From NCBI GenBank assembly GCA_963575745.1, contig CAUYUJ010000307.1:62001-115628 (forward strand): DNA of 53,628 nt, in the 5' to 3' direction. Made by a program: the position numbers and the translations under genes. Below, in pieces: positions 36,426-49,180 of this stretch (position 1 is its first letter; each line of letters opens with the position of its first letter). The notes under the pieces are model-generated. The model saw only the letters and a list, made by a program, of their open reading frames with translations, ran no database searches and was not told where the DNA came from. This DNA comes from Prorocentrum cordatum. Lineage: Eukaryota.

Positions 36426-39400
36426 CGGACTTGCTGGGGGCGGGATTCGTGCCGAGGTCAGGCGTCTACGCGAGCTTGCTGGAGGCGCCCGGCGGAAGGT
36501 TCTTCCCGCTGACCCTGCAGAGGCGCATCTGGTACTTGCAGCTGCAGCGCGCGGTCACGGCCAGCGACTTCGCGATCGCGACCGCGCCGCTCAGGCAGCC
36601 AGCTGCAGCTCAACGTGTACCAGTCTATCGAGAAGTTCGGGAACCCGATGGAGCTGAAGGTGGAGTCCAGATAGCAGCTGGAGGAGCAGCGGCGAGGTCA
36701 TCGGCGCCAGCCGCAGCGGCGGCGGCCCCAGCGCAGGCGAGGCTAGTCAGCGACCGCCAGGAGATTGTCGTCAAGCGGAAGAACGCGATCGAGTTGTGCG
36801 ACAGTCCTGATGGCCGAGCTGCGCAAGCATGGGGGGTGCCAGTGATGCCTCCGTTCGCCGAGAGACAGATGCACCGTCTCACTCGTTGGCCTTGCCGATC
36901 GCGGCGCAAGGCGCGGCGCGCCCGGCCAGGGGGGGGGCGTGGGGAAGTCAGCCGCCGCAGGATAGACCAAGGGCGCGATGCGCCGCAGGTCTTGATTGAC
37001 TACTCGCCCCCAGGCATGCGCAACGCTAATGACGTGATGGCGCTGCCGGCGTGCTTGGACTTCGAGTCAACAGCGATCGAGAGCGCTAACGTGATGGAGA
37101 CGGGCGCGGTCGATTGCGGCATCGAGGCCCTGGTGCAGGCCCTCCAGTTCTGGGGCCGCAAGCGCGGTGCGTTGCCCAGTGGCCAGGAGAAAGCGATCGC
37201 GGCGCTGGGCAGAGCTGTCGCCGCGGAGCGCGGCGAGGAGACTGTCGTGCAGGTCGGTCCAAGGCTGGGTTCCAAGTCGAATGGGGCCGATCGAGGCAGC
37301 GGGGGGCAGGGTTCAGCAGTTCGCCCGCACCTTGGTGTACGCCGTCTATGCGCACTACAGAGTCGAGCTGAAGTCCGGCGACCCTATTTGCACCTGCTTG
37401 GGGTTTACCGTGAGAGAAGATGGCTCAACGCCGCGTCGACGGCTCAAGGGGGGGGGGGCTACCGCGGCCAGATCGCTGAGTTCGCAGGGGCCGCGGCGCA
37501 CGAGCTGCCCGCGGGAGCTGCAGGCTAGATGGAGGCCTGGCGGGGCAAACTCATGCATCTGGCTAGGCAGGGCCGAAGTCAACGACGAGCGCGCGATCGG
37601 CGCGCCCAGGGGCAGGGTCTTCGCGCGTTCGATCGCGAGGAGGCCCGGCGAGAAGAGATGGAACAAGCGCCTCTTCGGCCAGATCGTGCGCGCCCCTTTC
37701 GGTCCGCAGGCGGCCCTTCTGGTGGCTGGGCCCGTCTCGCGGCCGAGGTGCCTGACCGAGGCGATCCTCGGCCGCCTGGGGGGGCGCCCAGTTGCGCCGC
37801 CTGCGACGGGACGGGCCAGCAGCGCGCGGCCGAGTACAGAGCTCGCATGGATGCGCTGCTGGACGCAGAGGACACTGCGAAGGGCCTGGCTGCCCAGGCT
37901 GGGGCTCGAGGCGACGCGCCCCCCCCCGGCGAGGGCGGCAACCGGGAAGAGGGGGCTGGCCGAGGCCGCGCAGCCAGCGGCCAGCGGCGGCCGGGCGCCC
38001 CCGGGCCCAGCAGCTGCCGCGGCGCCAGCAGCCGCGCCGACGCAGCCAGCTCACGGAGGCGGGGCAGACGCGGCCATGCCTGATGCAGGGGGCAGCGCCG
38101 AGAGGATGGGCCAGGAGCCCATCGAGATCTCAGAGGGGACGAAGAGACAGACCCCAGGGAAGGAGGAGATCCCTGATAGCAAGAAGGCGCGCACTATCGG
38201 AGGTTTGCCCGGGTGCGCACGCCGCCCACGGTCTGCGCTGCGGGCCCGGGCGAGTGCGCATCCGAGCCCGTCGAAGAGAAGGTCCTGACCAACAGCAAGG
38301 GGGCGTTGTCGGGGCAATTGTTGCCTGCAGACAAAGTGAAGGAATGGCGTGCTCGGGGGCGAGGAAAGATGAAGAAACACAACGTGCTCGAGCGAGTCTA
38401 CGCCCACGATGCGCGAGGTAAACGGCCCACGGGGCTCCAGGAGTGGAAGACGGGGACAGGCGCCGTGATGCGCAGGTTCGTGGCCATGCAGGTTGCGCGC
38501 CAGGTGCGCGACGATACGTTCGCAGGCGCCCCGCCCCCGCAAGTTCCTGAGGCTCGCGCTCGCGATGGTGGCTGGGCTCGAGCGCAAACGGGAGGTCTAC
38601 CTGATTGGCCCCTGGGACATCAGCAATGCCTTCCTTCGCGCCACAATGGACGAGGACGCCTGCGCGATGCCGCCTGTCGGCGAGGACGAGCCGAACGTAG
38701 CGTGGCAGCTGGCGAAGGCGATGCGTGGCACAAGGCGCGCGAGCAAGCTGTTCTAGCGCATGATCATAGGGGCGCTGATCGCCAGGATCCCTCAGGATGC
38801 AGGTGACGGTCATGGTGTTCGTCCACGTCGAGAAGAGCATCTACGCGGCGGTGCGTTGCGACGACTTCATGGCGGTGTCCACCTACGTCGACCTGCAGTG
38901 GCTCAACGAGGTCCTGGAGGAGAAGTTCGAGGTGAAGAGGTCTCCCTTCATCGGGCCCTTGGTGGCTGGGGGTGAGGCGAAGTCTGGCAAGTTCCTGAAG
39001 CGAGCTGTGAAATGGACGGAGGAAGGCTTCCACTGGGAGAGCGACATCGAGCGCGCAGTCACTCTGGCGGAGGCGCATCGGAAGCTGGCGGCATCAAGAG
39101 ATCTCGCCATCATCGAAGAACGTAGGGAAGGAAGTGCCGACGGCGCTTGACATCCTAAGCGATGACGAGAAGAAAGCGCTTCAGTCTGTGACGCCGACGG
39201 TGCTCTATCTGGCCGCGAACGGGTCGGACATCCAGTTCGCGACGAGCTGGGTCGTGCGAGGCATGCAGGCGCCGATTGAGATCCACGACCTGGGGCTCAA
39301 GCGGCTGGCCACGCACCTGGCGACGCATCCGTGGATGACCTGGCACTTTGGGCCCCGGCAGATGCCGAGGGAGATCACAATCGTGACCGACTCTCGTTGG

Positions 39401-39875
39401 GCTGAAAGCGAAGTGGCAAGGCGAAGCCGCGGTGGTGCGTGGGCAGGCGTGCATCGGCAGCTGGGCAGGGCAGCGGGCCTCGAGGGCGCTGAGCAGTGGA
39501 GGGGCCGAGTACAGTAAGACGACGAACGGAGCGGCCAGGGGCATCCTCACGAAGAACCTATTCAAAGTGATGATGGTTGAGATGATGGCGGCGGTGGCTG
39601 GCGACAGCGCGGCGGCGATCGGGATTTGCTCGAGGCTCGGCGTCGGTCGCATCAGGCACTTGGATGCGAAGTACCTTCGGCTGCAAGAGAAGGTGGCGAG
39701 CAGAGAGGTGCGAATCAAGAATGTCCCGGCGAACGAGAAAGATGCGGATATCATGGCGAAGGCCCTGGGCCCGACCCGGCACCACGAGCTGGTGAAGGGG
39801 CCGCGTATGACCCTGCAGTCTGGCGAGGGGCTGATCAGGGCAGGGCAGCCAGTCATCGAGACCGCGATGTTATGA
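36426..39875 (+). mobile_element. Decayed Ty1/Copia pol (integrase-RT-RNase H); LTRs not identified
   Basis: Eroded HHCC finger (HRLTRWPCRSRRKAR), GQEKAI, SKSNGA/IEAA integrase core, IWLGR; RT DISNAFLRA, LAKAMRGTRRA, VRCDDF; RNase H TDSRWA...RRSRGG, ALSSGGAEY, IRHLDAKYLRLQE, ADIMAKAL; many frameshifts. Confidence 0.9.
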
Positions 39876-40514
39876 TGCGGAAGCAGTGCCATACGCCATT
39901 GCTTCAGTGGTGCAGTATGCAGGTGGCATAGTTGTGTTGGGGTGCCGTCCCAGCGAGTAATTCCACGTGCAGTGCGCAGCCGAGTCAGGAGCCGTGCAGC
40001 ATGAAGCCGCGAAAGGAGAAATGTCCGAGGTTTCCCGCCGCGCAGAGCCAGCCGCAGGGGCGCCTGGCACAGTTCGTAGCGTGATGGATGCCGAGTGAAG
40101 GGCGCGAGGGATGTTGACGGGCGAGGGTGGACCCAACCACGCCCGAAGAGGAGTGCGAGACATCATCGCGCCTTCAGAGGGAACGTCGAAATGTTACATT
40201 TGTGTTGTACGTAGCCCCTCGCAGGCTCGAGAGGAAAAGATTCCGCATCGATTCCATGAGGCTCCCGCTCACCGCCGCCCATTTTCGGCACTCGGACCCA
40301 GGCTTGCTACCGCAGGGATGGCGGAAGGCTGCCAGAAGGATGTGGAGAGGTAAACCCGTCCTCCCACACGGGTTGCCCACGCCGGCGTGCCTAGGATGCC
40401 CAGAGGTTGCCACGCATGCGTGGGTGCGCATGCGTTTGTTTCCTGGTATATTTCTCCTCTCCCTCTCTGTCTCTGCACCTGTGCACTCTTTCTGTCTCTC
40501 CCTCTCTCTCACCA

Positions 40515-40550
<36 letters not shown>

Positions 40551-41146
40551 CTGTTTATTCATCCCTTGCGTCCCTGTGCCAACTCGTGCGTTTGCTTTGT
40601 CACCATATGCTTGGCAACGTTTTGTTGGCCTGGCGGCGCGGCATCGTTGCCGCAGGTATACGCGGCTCGAATGTTTACTCTTGATTGACCGTCAGCGGTC
40701 TGATTGGTCGGAAGAGAAGGGTGTTTGTTCCGAGGCTCGTGTGCGTATGAGGCACTGTGCCGTCTCTCATGCTGTCGGTTAGAAACTATGAAATAGAAGC
40801 TGGTCGCTAAGGTTGGATGGTGTCCACTCGTTGTTGCGACTGTTATGATTTCCCTCTTTCTCTGTGTCTTCGTCCCTGTTTCTGTCTTTGTTTCCCTGTC
40901 CTCGTCGTCGCTCTATCCTTTTTTCTTTCTCTCTCTCTCTCTCTCTCTGTGAGTGTGCATATGTCACATCGTCTTCCATCGCGTCAGGGCGATCTGTATG
41001 AAGTCTTTGCACAGGAGTCGCGTTGCCGATCTCATGCGTTTAGGTTCGTCTACTCGTTGGTCTGTTGTGGTCGTTCCTTGTGGTGTCCCGAAGTTATGGC
41101 AGCATATTGTCCGCTCGCTGGTCAAGCTGTGCGATCTTGCAGCGCA

Positions 41147-41470
41147 GGGAAAGGGTAAACACCTTGAAAGAAAAGTTCACAAAAGCTAAGCAAACAATAC
41201 ACGACTTCCAGCGACGGAAGAAGACTGCGGAATCGAACCTGTCTGCGGCAGATAAGCGGTTCAAGCAGCTAAAGAAGAGCGGAGATCACGTAACTCATGT
41301 AGGTTTTCAAGCTGCGAAGGCGTTGGAAAATGCCAAAACTGACGTGAAGAAGGCAAGCGAAGAATTCAAGAGAGCAAGCGAGGACGGGCTCTGGGGGCAC
41401 TGATTGGATGTTGCTAGACGTCAGTGTGGCCATTGAACATACGAAATCTGTCATGCGACGGTCAGGATCT
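41147..41470 (+). CDS. Possible isolated exon or ORF fragment encoding a Lys-rich coiled coil
   Basis: ERVNTLKEKFTKAKQTIHDFQRRKKTAESNLSAADKRFKQLKK... after a CAG|G acceptor; lower GC than its surroundings; no family recognised. Confidence 0.35.
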
Positions 41471-42014
41471 TGATGTGCACGCTCGAACGGAGCGCGATCG
41501 CATTATGGAAGCATCCGGCTGCCTTCCGCAAATTCCACGGCCGTGTCGGCGCAGCAGAGGAAGTGGAGCTTGAGACCCACTCCGGGATTTGTTGCCGTTC
41601 CTGGCCAGGGGTCTCAAACGCCCCCTCCTTGCCCGCAGCCTCGTTATCCTCATCCTCCTCCGTTCTCCTCCTCCTCGTCCTCCTCCTCCCCCTCCTCCAC
41701 AATTACTCAATATGAAAATACTCTCCCTCTTCCCCTGATGGCGTCCGGGTGATGGCCGCGCACCCTCCGCGTAGTGTTTTTTTACACAGGATTCCCGGGA
41801 AATCCCGGGAAACGACTCGCTGAGGCGCCGGCGTCATTTTTTCCCAACATGCTGCTCTCGTTGAGGCGCCGGCCTCATTTCTGCTCCCGAATCGTTCCGA
41901 ATCGTGCTCCCGCTGCAGCGTGGGCCTCATTTTCGGATCGGTGTTTGGCCTCCGTCGTTCAGGATGGCGTTCTCGCCCCAGCGCGGGCCTTTTTCTTGCG
42001 CGCCCATCCGCCCG

Positions 42015-42150
42015 CCACCACCGCGCCGCACCGCCACCACCACCACCACCACCACCACCACCACCACCACCACCACCACAACCACCACCAGCACCAGCAC
42101 CAGTACCAACCACGCACACACGCACGCACGCACGCACGTGCACCACCACC
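42015..42150. repeat. (CCA)n / (CACG)n microsatellite
   Basis: Directly visible; ends where the second YR element appears to begin. Confidence 0.93.
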
Positions 42151-42200
42151 TTGTATAGTCTGATTGGTTGTAGACTGCAGGTTAAGTGGGAGGGGGTGTG

Positions 42201-42241
42201 GGCTCAGGTAGCCATTTTGGGTCCGTAGCGTTCGGCTCTGG
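42201..42241 (+). other. Tandem relic spliced leaders in the element 5' UTR
   Basis: GGCTCAG|GTAGCCATTTTGG|G|TCCGTAGCGTTCGGCTCTGG: 13-nt exact DinoSL core flanked by further SL pieces; ~90 nt before the ATG at 42329. Confidence 0.8.
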
Positions 42242-42328
42242 CCGACGCGCGGGTGTTCCAGGGGGCCGCGGGGCGGCCATAACCACAGCCGTGCTAGTCC
42301 GCGGACTAGGTAGCGCGCCTGTGGTGCC

Positions 42329-45300
42329 ATGGCTGTGGGCTTCCTGGGGGCGCACCTGATGATCTTGGTTACGGGCGGCGCTCTTACGGTCCAAGGGGCA
42401 CTTGGCTGGCTGCCATTCGGGCGCGGGGGACATGAGGTCCCAGCGCCGACGCCGCCAGCCCTGCCCGGGCCGACAGCGCCGCCGGCAGGCGGTGGGGGGC
42501 GAGGCAAGGGGCGAGGACCGCCCGCCAAGCCCGCGCCTGCAGGGGGAAAGGGGCGAGGGCCGCGGGCCAAGCCCCCGGGGACGCCGGGCGTCCCACCGCC
42601 GCCGCGGTCAGGGTCGACTACAACGACCACGACCGCGGGCATCGGGCGCGTAGGCGAGGGCGAGCCCACAGGCAGCCCAGCTACGCCGGCATACGGAGGT
42701 AACAACGAGCCCACGGGCGCGCCTGGGCAGCCGTCCGCCCCGGGAAACCGGACGGGCGATGGTGAGCCTGACCTGCCGCGTGGGCCGGACGGGTATTGGG
42801 GGTGGAGTGGTTGGGTCCCGCACCTGCCCCATTGGTGGGCTGGCCGGAGCGAACCCCCACCGCCGCCGCCGCCACCTACACCGCCCCCGGAGGCAGGGCC
42901 GGGTCCCGGTTGGGGCTTCGCAGCCTGGGTCTTCGAGGTCGTGGGCTATGGAGCGTGGGTAAGCTCCCCCGACCATCCGGGCACGATCCGCACGAGTGGC
43001 GGATGGTTTGGATCCGCTGTCGACCGCCTGGGCGTCAAGATGCTTGGGTATTGGTGGGAGACCGTGGTCTTATGCTTTGCCCTAGGCATCTTCACGTTCG
43101 TGTTGGGTGCCCTGGCCTTCATCGTCAACACCGCAGCCCAGCCTATGCTGTGGGCTGCCGGGGGACTCCGCTGGGCGTGGTACCAGATTACCCGGTGCTG
43201 CCAGCGACGCGGAGGGGATGGGCCTGGCGCCCATCTTCCCCCACCCCCTCCGACCCCCTTGCTGGTGCGCTGGCGCGGGCCGGGCTTGGGCGGCGTGGTG
43301 GAGACAGAGTTCTACACAAAGGGGGTCCGCGGCCGAGGGACCAATCGGGCGTACAACCACGTGCTGCTGCGTAAGCACGGGCAGGTGGCCCGCATCAGCT
43401 GCAACTTCGCGGACCGGTACCGATTGGACCGCCACGGGCTCAACATCAAGATCGGGCAGGTCCTGGGGTGCACCAGTCGCAAGTGGCGGCTGAACCTCGA
43501 GGAGACAGGGAATGTGCATCTATGTCGTGCTGTCGAGTGCGCCTCCTGTCCAGTGGCGCATCCCATGCACGTCGACCAGTACGCGGCCATTGACCACACA
43601 CAGATTGTGGACTTGGCTGAGCACGGAAGGGCCACGGCCTGCCGAGCAGTCGGCGTGGGACTCCGGAAGGTATTCGGGGTCGTCAAGTGGCTGCTTTGCT
43701 CACCCTGGTCGGTACTCGGATGGCTGTGCCGGGGCCGGCCGGAGCCCCGCTACATCACCGACGCCGCGGGCTATCGCCGCCTGGACATCGACTCGGAGAG
43801 CGAGGTGGAGGCGGAGGAGCGCCCCTGCCAAGCCGCACAAGTTGGGGTGCAGCTCGCGGGTGGCGCACGCCCCCTCCAGCCGGAGGGGTGCGGCGACCGA
43901 GGGATGCAGGAGGCCACTGTCCTGCTACAGGAGGACGCGGAGGTGTCGGACGTTCCTCGGCCTGGGCATTGTCTCAATGCACAGGTGCACCTCTGCGCCC
44001 ACCATGCGCAGAAGTATCGGTCTACCCTGATCGGCCGCAAGTGCAGCCTCCCCACTTGTCTCCGCATGGCGAAGGGTAGCTGCGGGGGGGCCCCGATGTG
44101 CGGGGAACATCTCCGACGGGACGAGGGTCACACCGTGCGCGTCGAGGCGACGGTCCAACCTGGGATCCTCGGGGGCCTGCGCCGCCGCATGCGGGCGCGG
44201 GCTCCAAGCCCCGCCAGGGTGCGCGATTGGACCGCGCACGCGGCCGATGGGGTTGGCATTGCGACCGAGCCGGTCTACCCCCCGCCTCTACCTCCCCCCG
44301 CTGCACCGCCACCGCCCGCCGTGGCCCCATCTGTCGATGTGGGGCCCACGGGGGCGCAGGCCCTAACCTCGGGGCCGCAGCCGCGTCGCACACGCTCCGC
44401 GGAAGCTAGGGCCAGCGGACGCTCACGGTCTGCCGACCGCGGGGCCCCGGGCGATCGGATCGCCCACCACGGGTGGCTTCAGGAGCCCCTACTCGTGAAG
44501 GTCTGCCCGATACTCCCGGGCGACCCTCGGGGAGCCGAGGAGGCGTACGGCGCGCCCCCGGCGAGTCCTTGGTTTATTCTATTGGGGAATGCGAGGGGCT
44601 CGACGTACGGGGCACTGGCGGGGACGCCAGACTTATCATCGGGACTAGCCTCGAGGGCGTCAGGGTGGAGGTCCCAGCCAGCGAGGTCGCACGGCACCCC
44701 CCCCCGCTGGAGGACGGGCGCTACCCGATAGATTGGATCAATCGGCTGCTGTACGAGGCCCCCCAAGGGGCTCGGGAAGTGGGGTTGCGTGTCATCGCCC
44801 ACCACATCCCGCAGGATCTGCTGGCGATGTTACGCCAGGAGCAGTGGGGCGGTGTGGACGTGGAAAGCGCGAGCGGCTGGAGGCGGCGCTACCTGACGAA
44901 CACGGAGCGCCAGCAGCTGCAGCACGACCCTGTGCGCACACTCGGCCACCATCGGCGGGGTGGCGCGCAGGGGGCGCCGCCTGCGCCCGGGATGGAGGGC
45001 TTGCCCCGTCCCGCCCCCGTGGCGGCACTGTCGCGCTTAGCGGCGGCCGCCGCCGGCGTGAGCGAGGACGCCGAGGAGCCCGACCCGCTCGAAATGTTCA
45101 TGGACTCCTTGCGAGCCGAGGATCTCAAAGGACGGGGGGGCCAAGCGGCGGCTCTCAGTGCATTAGGTATGGCCGCGGACCTGCTCGGGGTTCCGCTTGA
45201 TCAGGCGGAGCGGCAGCTGCGGCGGAGGGTCGCACAGGTGGCAGCGGCGGGCCCACTGGGGTCCGACCTAGAGCGCGCCCTCGCGGATCTGGAGGATGCG

Positions 45301-48300
45301 CAGCTGGAAGCGCGCGCGCGGGAGCGTGCTGCGGCCGCCGACAAGGTTCCCCTGCAGGGGGGCCTCTCACGTGAGGGGTCGCGGAGTCGCTCGGCGCGGG
45401 GACGGGATCCCAGCCCGAAGCAGGGACCCCGACGCGAGCTCTTCGGTGCCATGCCCCCCATCCAACCCACGGGCCCACGACGGGGCTTGCTGGGTGATCG
45501 GGACCTGCTGGCACGCGATGGACGCGGGGGGGCCGCTCGTGGGGCCAATCCGCTCCTCGACGGGGCCTCGGTCCTTGGCCACCTCACTGGCCAGACGCCC
45601 CACGGGGGCGGCCTGGGGGGGGAGCGAGCTGGGGGTCCAGACGACGCCGGGGCGGCGGGCGCCCTGGGCGGGCTTACAGTCGAGGCCGAAGCCCAGATTA
45701 TCGAGCGCCTGGATCGCCAGAACCGCCTCACTGAACGCCACGTCCTCGCCGCCGAGCGGCAGGCGCGGGCCACCGAGGGCGACAAGAAGGCCCGGTGCAC
45801 CAGGGCAGGGATCGGTCGGGACGAGGAACTCGATCTTTACATAGCCCGGGGATGCAACACCTTCGTGGTTGAGGCCAGCGAGGGTATCACGGGGAAGGAC
45901 TTGTTCGACTCACTCAAGCGCATGTGTGCGCACTCCAAGAGCACGCTCAAGACGATCGGGTTTCCCTGCCTGGTTACCACCCGTGTGGCACACGGCTACG
46001 CGGCGCTCGCCTTCGGGACGGGCCCTCACGACCTGGCGGTGGACGACTGCGTCCCCGCGCGTGACGAGGACTTCGATGGCTATCGGCTCCCTGTGGACGA
46101 CAAGCTGGAGCCCCGCCAACGGCCCGCCACCCACATGGCAACCTGGTTCAAGAGGGCCCGGTGCGAGATCCAGATGTTCGAGTCCATCATAGGGGTCGCA
46201 CACGGGGCGGAGCGTCGGCGGTCGTTGGGGTTCTTGGAGGCGGCCTACGAGAGGGACCCATCGGAGTTCCCAGACCATTGGGTCAAGGATCTGTGGGAAG
46301 AGCTCCGAAGCACCTGGGTCGAGGAATTGCGGGAGCTGAGGCGCCGACTCTGTCGAGAGCTCGACACCGAGAACCCGAGGAGGGAGGACATCAAGTATAT
46401 CCTACTCAAGCCGGAGAACGGCTACGATTTGCCCCGAACGTTCGACCTCGGGGACCCGAACGCCTACTACCAGCAGGTGGTCGTGCCCCGGCGCAAGGCC
46501 GCACTCACGCGCCTTCTCAATGGGCAGCTGAACGCCCACCTCACGAAGCGACCGCCCAAAGCGGGAGGGAGCGAGGAAATGGGCGATCCCCGGCCCACGG
46601 CGCAAGGGGATGACAGGCCCAAGGCGGGGGCTGGGCCCCAGCCGAAGGCGGGGCCCAAGGCGGGCACCGGGGCCCCAGCGGGGACAGCCCCCAAGAGGGC
46701 GTACCCAGCGGGCAAGGAACTAACACGCCCGGAGCGGACGCGATCCGTGGCGCATGCGCCCCGCAATAAATACAACGTCCCTATCTGCTGGGGGGCCACC
46801 ACGCACATGGGCTGCTCGCGGAAGGCTTGCGATTGCCCTAACTCCCATGACCCCATCAAGTCAACGCGCGGATTGGACTACTCGGTAGTCATGCAGCTCA
46901 CGAGGCGCGGGGGGCTCCTTGGGACGCCCCGGATCGATCCCAAGCAGGTGGATGGGATGATTGCGCAGCTGCGCTCGCAAGCCAAGGCAGCCGAGGCCGA
47001 GACGGTTGGCGAGGACACTTCCCCACCTGCTCCCCCTGACTCCCAGAAGGAAAAGGGCCGGGGCCGCGGCGGCGGCTCGCGAGCATCGGGCGACCCGGGC
47101 CCGGGGCAGGCCCCGGACGACTACACCGCGCTCCAGCTTACCGCGATGGAATCCGACCTCCGGGAAGCGGTTAAGGGCCCCGACTTCGGATGGCTCGAAG
47201 ACCACGACCACCCGCGCGCGGCGGCCACTTGGGACGCCCAGCCCGCGGGTGATGGGCCAGAGCTTCGCCTCAAACTCATGCAGGAGCTCGAAGCCGAGGG
47301 CATCTTCGCACCTCTGAAGGGAGCCAGCGAGTACTTGCAGAGCCACGTGCGCGGGCGCGTCTTGGGGGCGCGCCTGCGCGGGGAGCGGCTTACTCTGGAG
47401 CGAGCCCTCGAGGAAGCCGTGGACCGAGGCCATCGGGGTCTCAGCAGCGAGGCGGCCGACCTGCATGAGGCGCTTAGCTGCGCCGCAGGATATGTCACCG
47501 AGGGCGGGGCCGAGGTTGGCCCGGTTGCGTGGGACCCCGGCGGGCTGATAGGCCGCGGGTCATATACCTTCTGGGACGGGGACACCCGCATCCAGTGGGA
47601 CTTCATCGACTATCGGGACCGCCTCGGCCCTACAGGGGAGATGGGCCAGGCGATGGGCCTGGAGGTGGGCGACGCCGAGGAGCGGCAGTGCCTGCTACTG
47701 CACGTAGCTGCGGGGGTGCTCCTGCTACGCGCGGGCGAGGGCACAGGTGAGCCCAGCCCGGACGCGGTGCAGCAGTTGGCTGCGACGTATCGCCATGCAC
47801 TATGGGAGGAGGCCCACGAGGTCCTGCGTGCCCTGGGCGACTCCCCGCCGTGGATCACGGCCCTGGAGGCCGATGTCCGCTCCTACGTCCACGATGCGGT
47901 GCACCCGCACCACGACAAGGACTATCGCTGCCTGGCAGCATGCCCTGTCGCCGACCTCGACGCCGTCACACTCCAGGTGCACCGTGTCAACGGCAGTGGG
48001 CGCCTATGCGTGGACCACCTAATGGGAACGGGCGTCGGCGCGGAGGATCACGTAATTCCGCTCCTGATCTGGCGCGGCCATATGCGCGCCTTGCGCCCAC
48101 GCTCCCACGCGGAGGCGGCGGCCCTATGCCAGCGCTGGGGGCACGCAGGACGCCTGTCCCGCGAGATCGTAAGTGTCGGCTGGCGCGAGATGCTCGATGA
48201 AGGCCCGGACGTTGAACCCACCGTCCCGGGCAAGAGCGCACCCTGCACCCACTGCAAGGCAGCGGAAGGTCGGGCGGGCCGCGCAGTGGGACGCGCGCCA

Positions 48301-48396
48301 GCCTCGTTCGGGGAACATCCAGCCGACGTCCAGGCACGCCTCCTGAGGCGAACGCGATGCCAATTCGACACGACCCCGCGTTCGCGTACGGTTTGA
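42329..48396 (+). CDS. ORF1/gag-like polyprotein region (ORFs 42329-44731 and 44473-48396, probably joined by a frameshift near 44620)
   Basis: Hydrophobic N-terminus and membrane-like segment; Cys/His clusters; CCCH-like ICWGATTHMGCSRKACDCPNSH; C-terminal QCLLLH...RGHM protease-like motifs. Confidence 0.75.
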
Positions 48397-49180
48397 TCGC
48401 CCAGGAGGTGTACGCCGGTTCGGGAAATTGGTCGGCCGCGCTTCGCGCCGAGGGCATCCGGGTGCTGGAACCGATCGAATATTACGACGACCCCCTCCGA
48501 GAATCCGGTCCACGGCCGGATCATGATACCCTCGACCCAGCGGTCCGCGCGCGCCTACAGGAGGCCGCACGGACCCCCATGGGCCCCGACGTGGCCAACG
48601 TTTGGTGCTGGGGTACCCCGTGTGGCTCGTACACCGACCTCGGGCTCATGGCCCGGCCGGGCGGGACCCCGCAGGGCACCCGAACGTGGGAGCACCCCGA
48701 GGGGGATGGCTCCAAAGAGTTCGAGCGCGTGGGTAACAGCCACACACAGTTCACGTGCGACACCTGCCGCATCCTACACGACACCGGCAAGGAGTTTCTC
48801 ATCGAGTCCTCCTGCCCCTCGGGCCGCTACCCCAAGATTTGGGACCAGGCCCCGATGCACGAGCTGCGTCGAGCGACGGGGGCCATGATCGTCCCGATCC
48901 ACATGTGCGCCTGGGGTAAGGCCCCGTCCGACTCGCCAGAGAGCCGCTATCGCAAGGGCAGCTGGTGGCTCGTCAGCCCCCGGCTGTATCTGCACGCTCT
49001 GTTGTTGGCGCGACGTTGCCCCCGTGACCACCACCGCGTCGAGCTGAAGGATCACGTGCCGGGCTCGGGCATTAAGCGCACCAAGGAGGCGCAGGTTTGG
49101 GCCCCCCGCCTTTGCGCCGCGTGGGCAAAGGTGTTGAAAGGGGCCTATCACCGCTGGTCGGTGAGCCAACTGCGTCGGCA
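48390..49180 (+). CDS. Divergent C5 cytosine methyltransferase-like domain upstream of RT
   Basis: QEVYAGSGNWSAAL (I), PIE, HDTLD, WGTPCGSYT (IV), FLIESS (VI), HMCAWG...YRKGSW, RTKEAQVWAPRLCAAWA. Same motif pattern as 30524-31325. Confidence 0.78.

Noticed and set aside
39876..40440. 3' LTR of the Copia element
   Set aside because: No second copy in the window and no clear TG...CA ends or polypurine tract.
41795..41880. Short palindromes (TTCCCGGGAA, TGAGGCGCCGGCCTCA) as regulatory sites
   Set aside because: Short and GC-rich, in what looks like a dispersed repeat; no linked function is evident.
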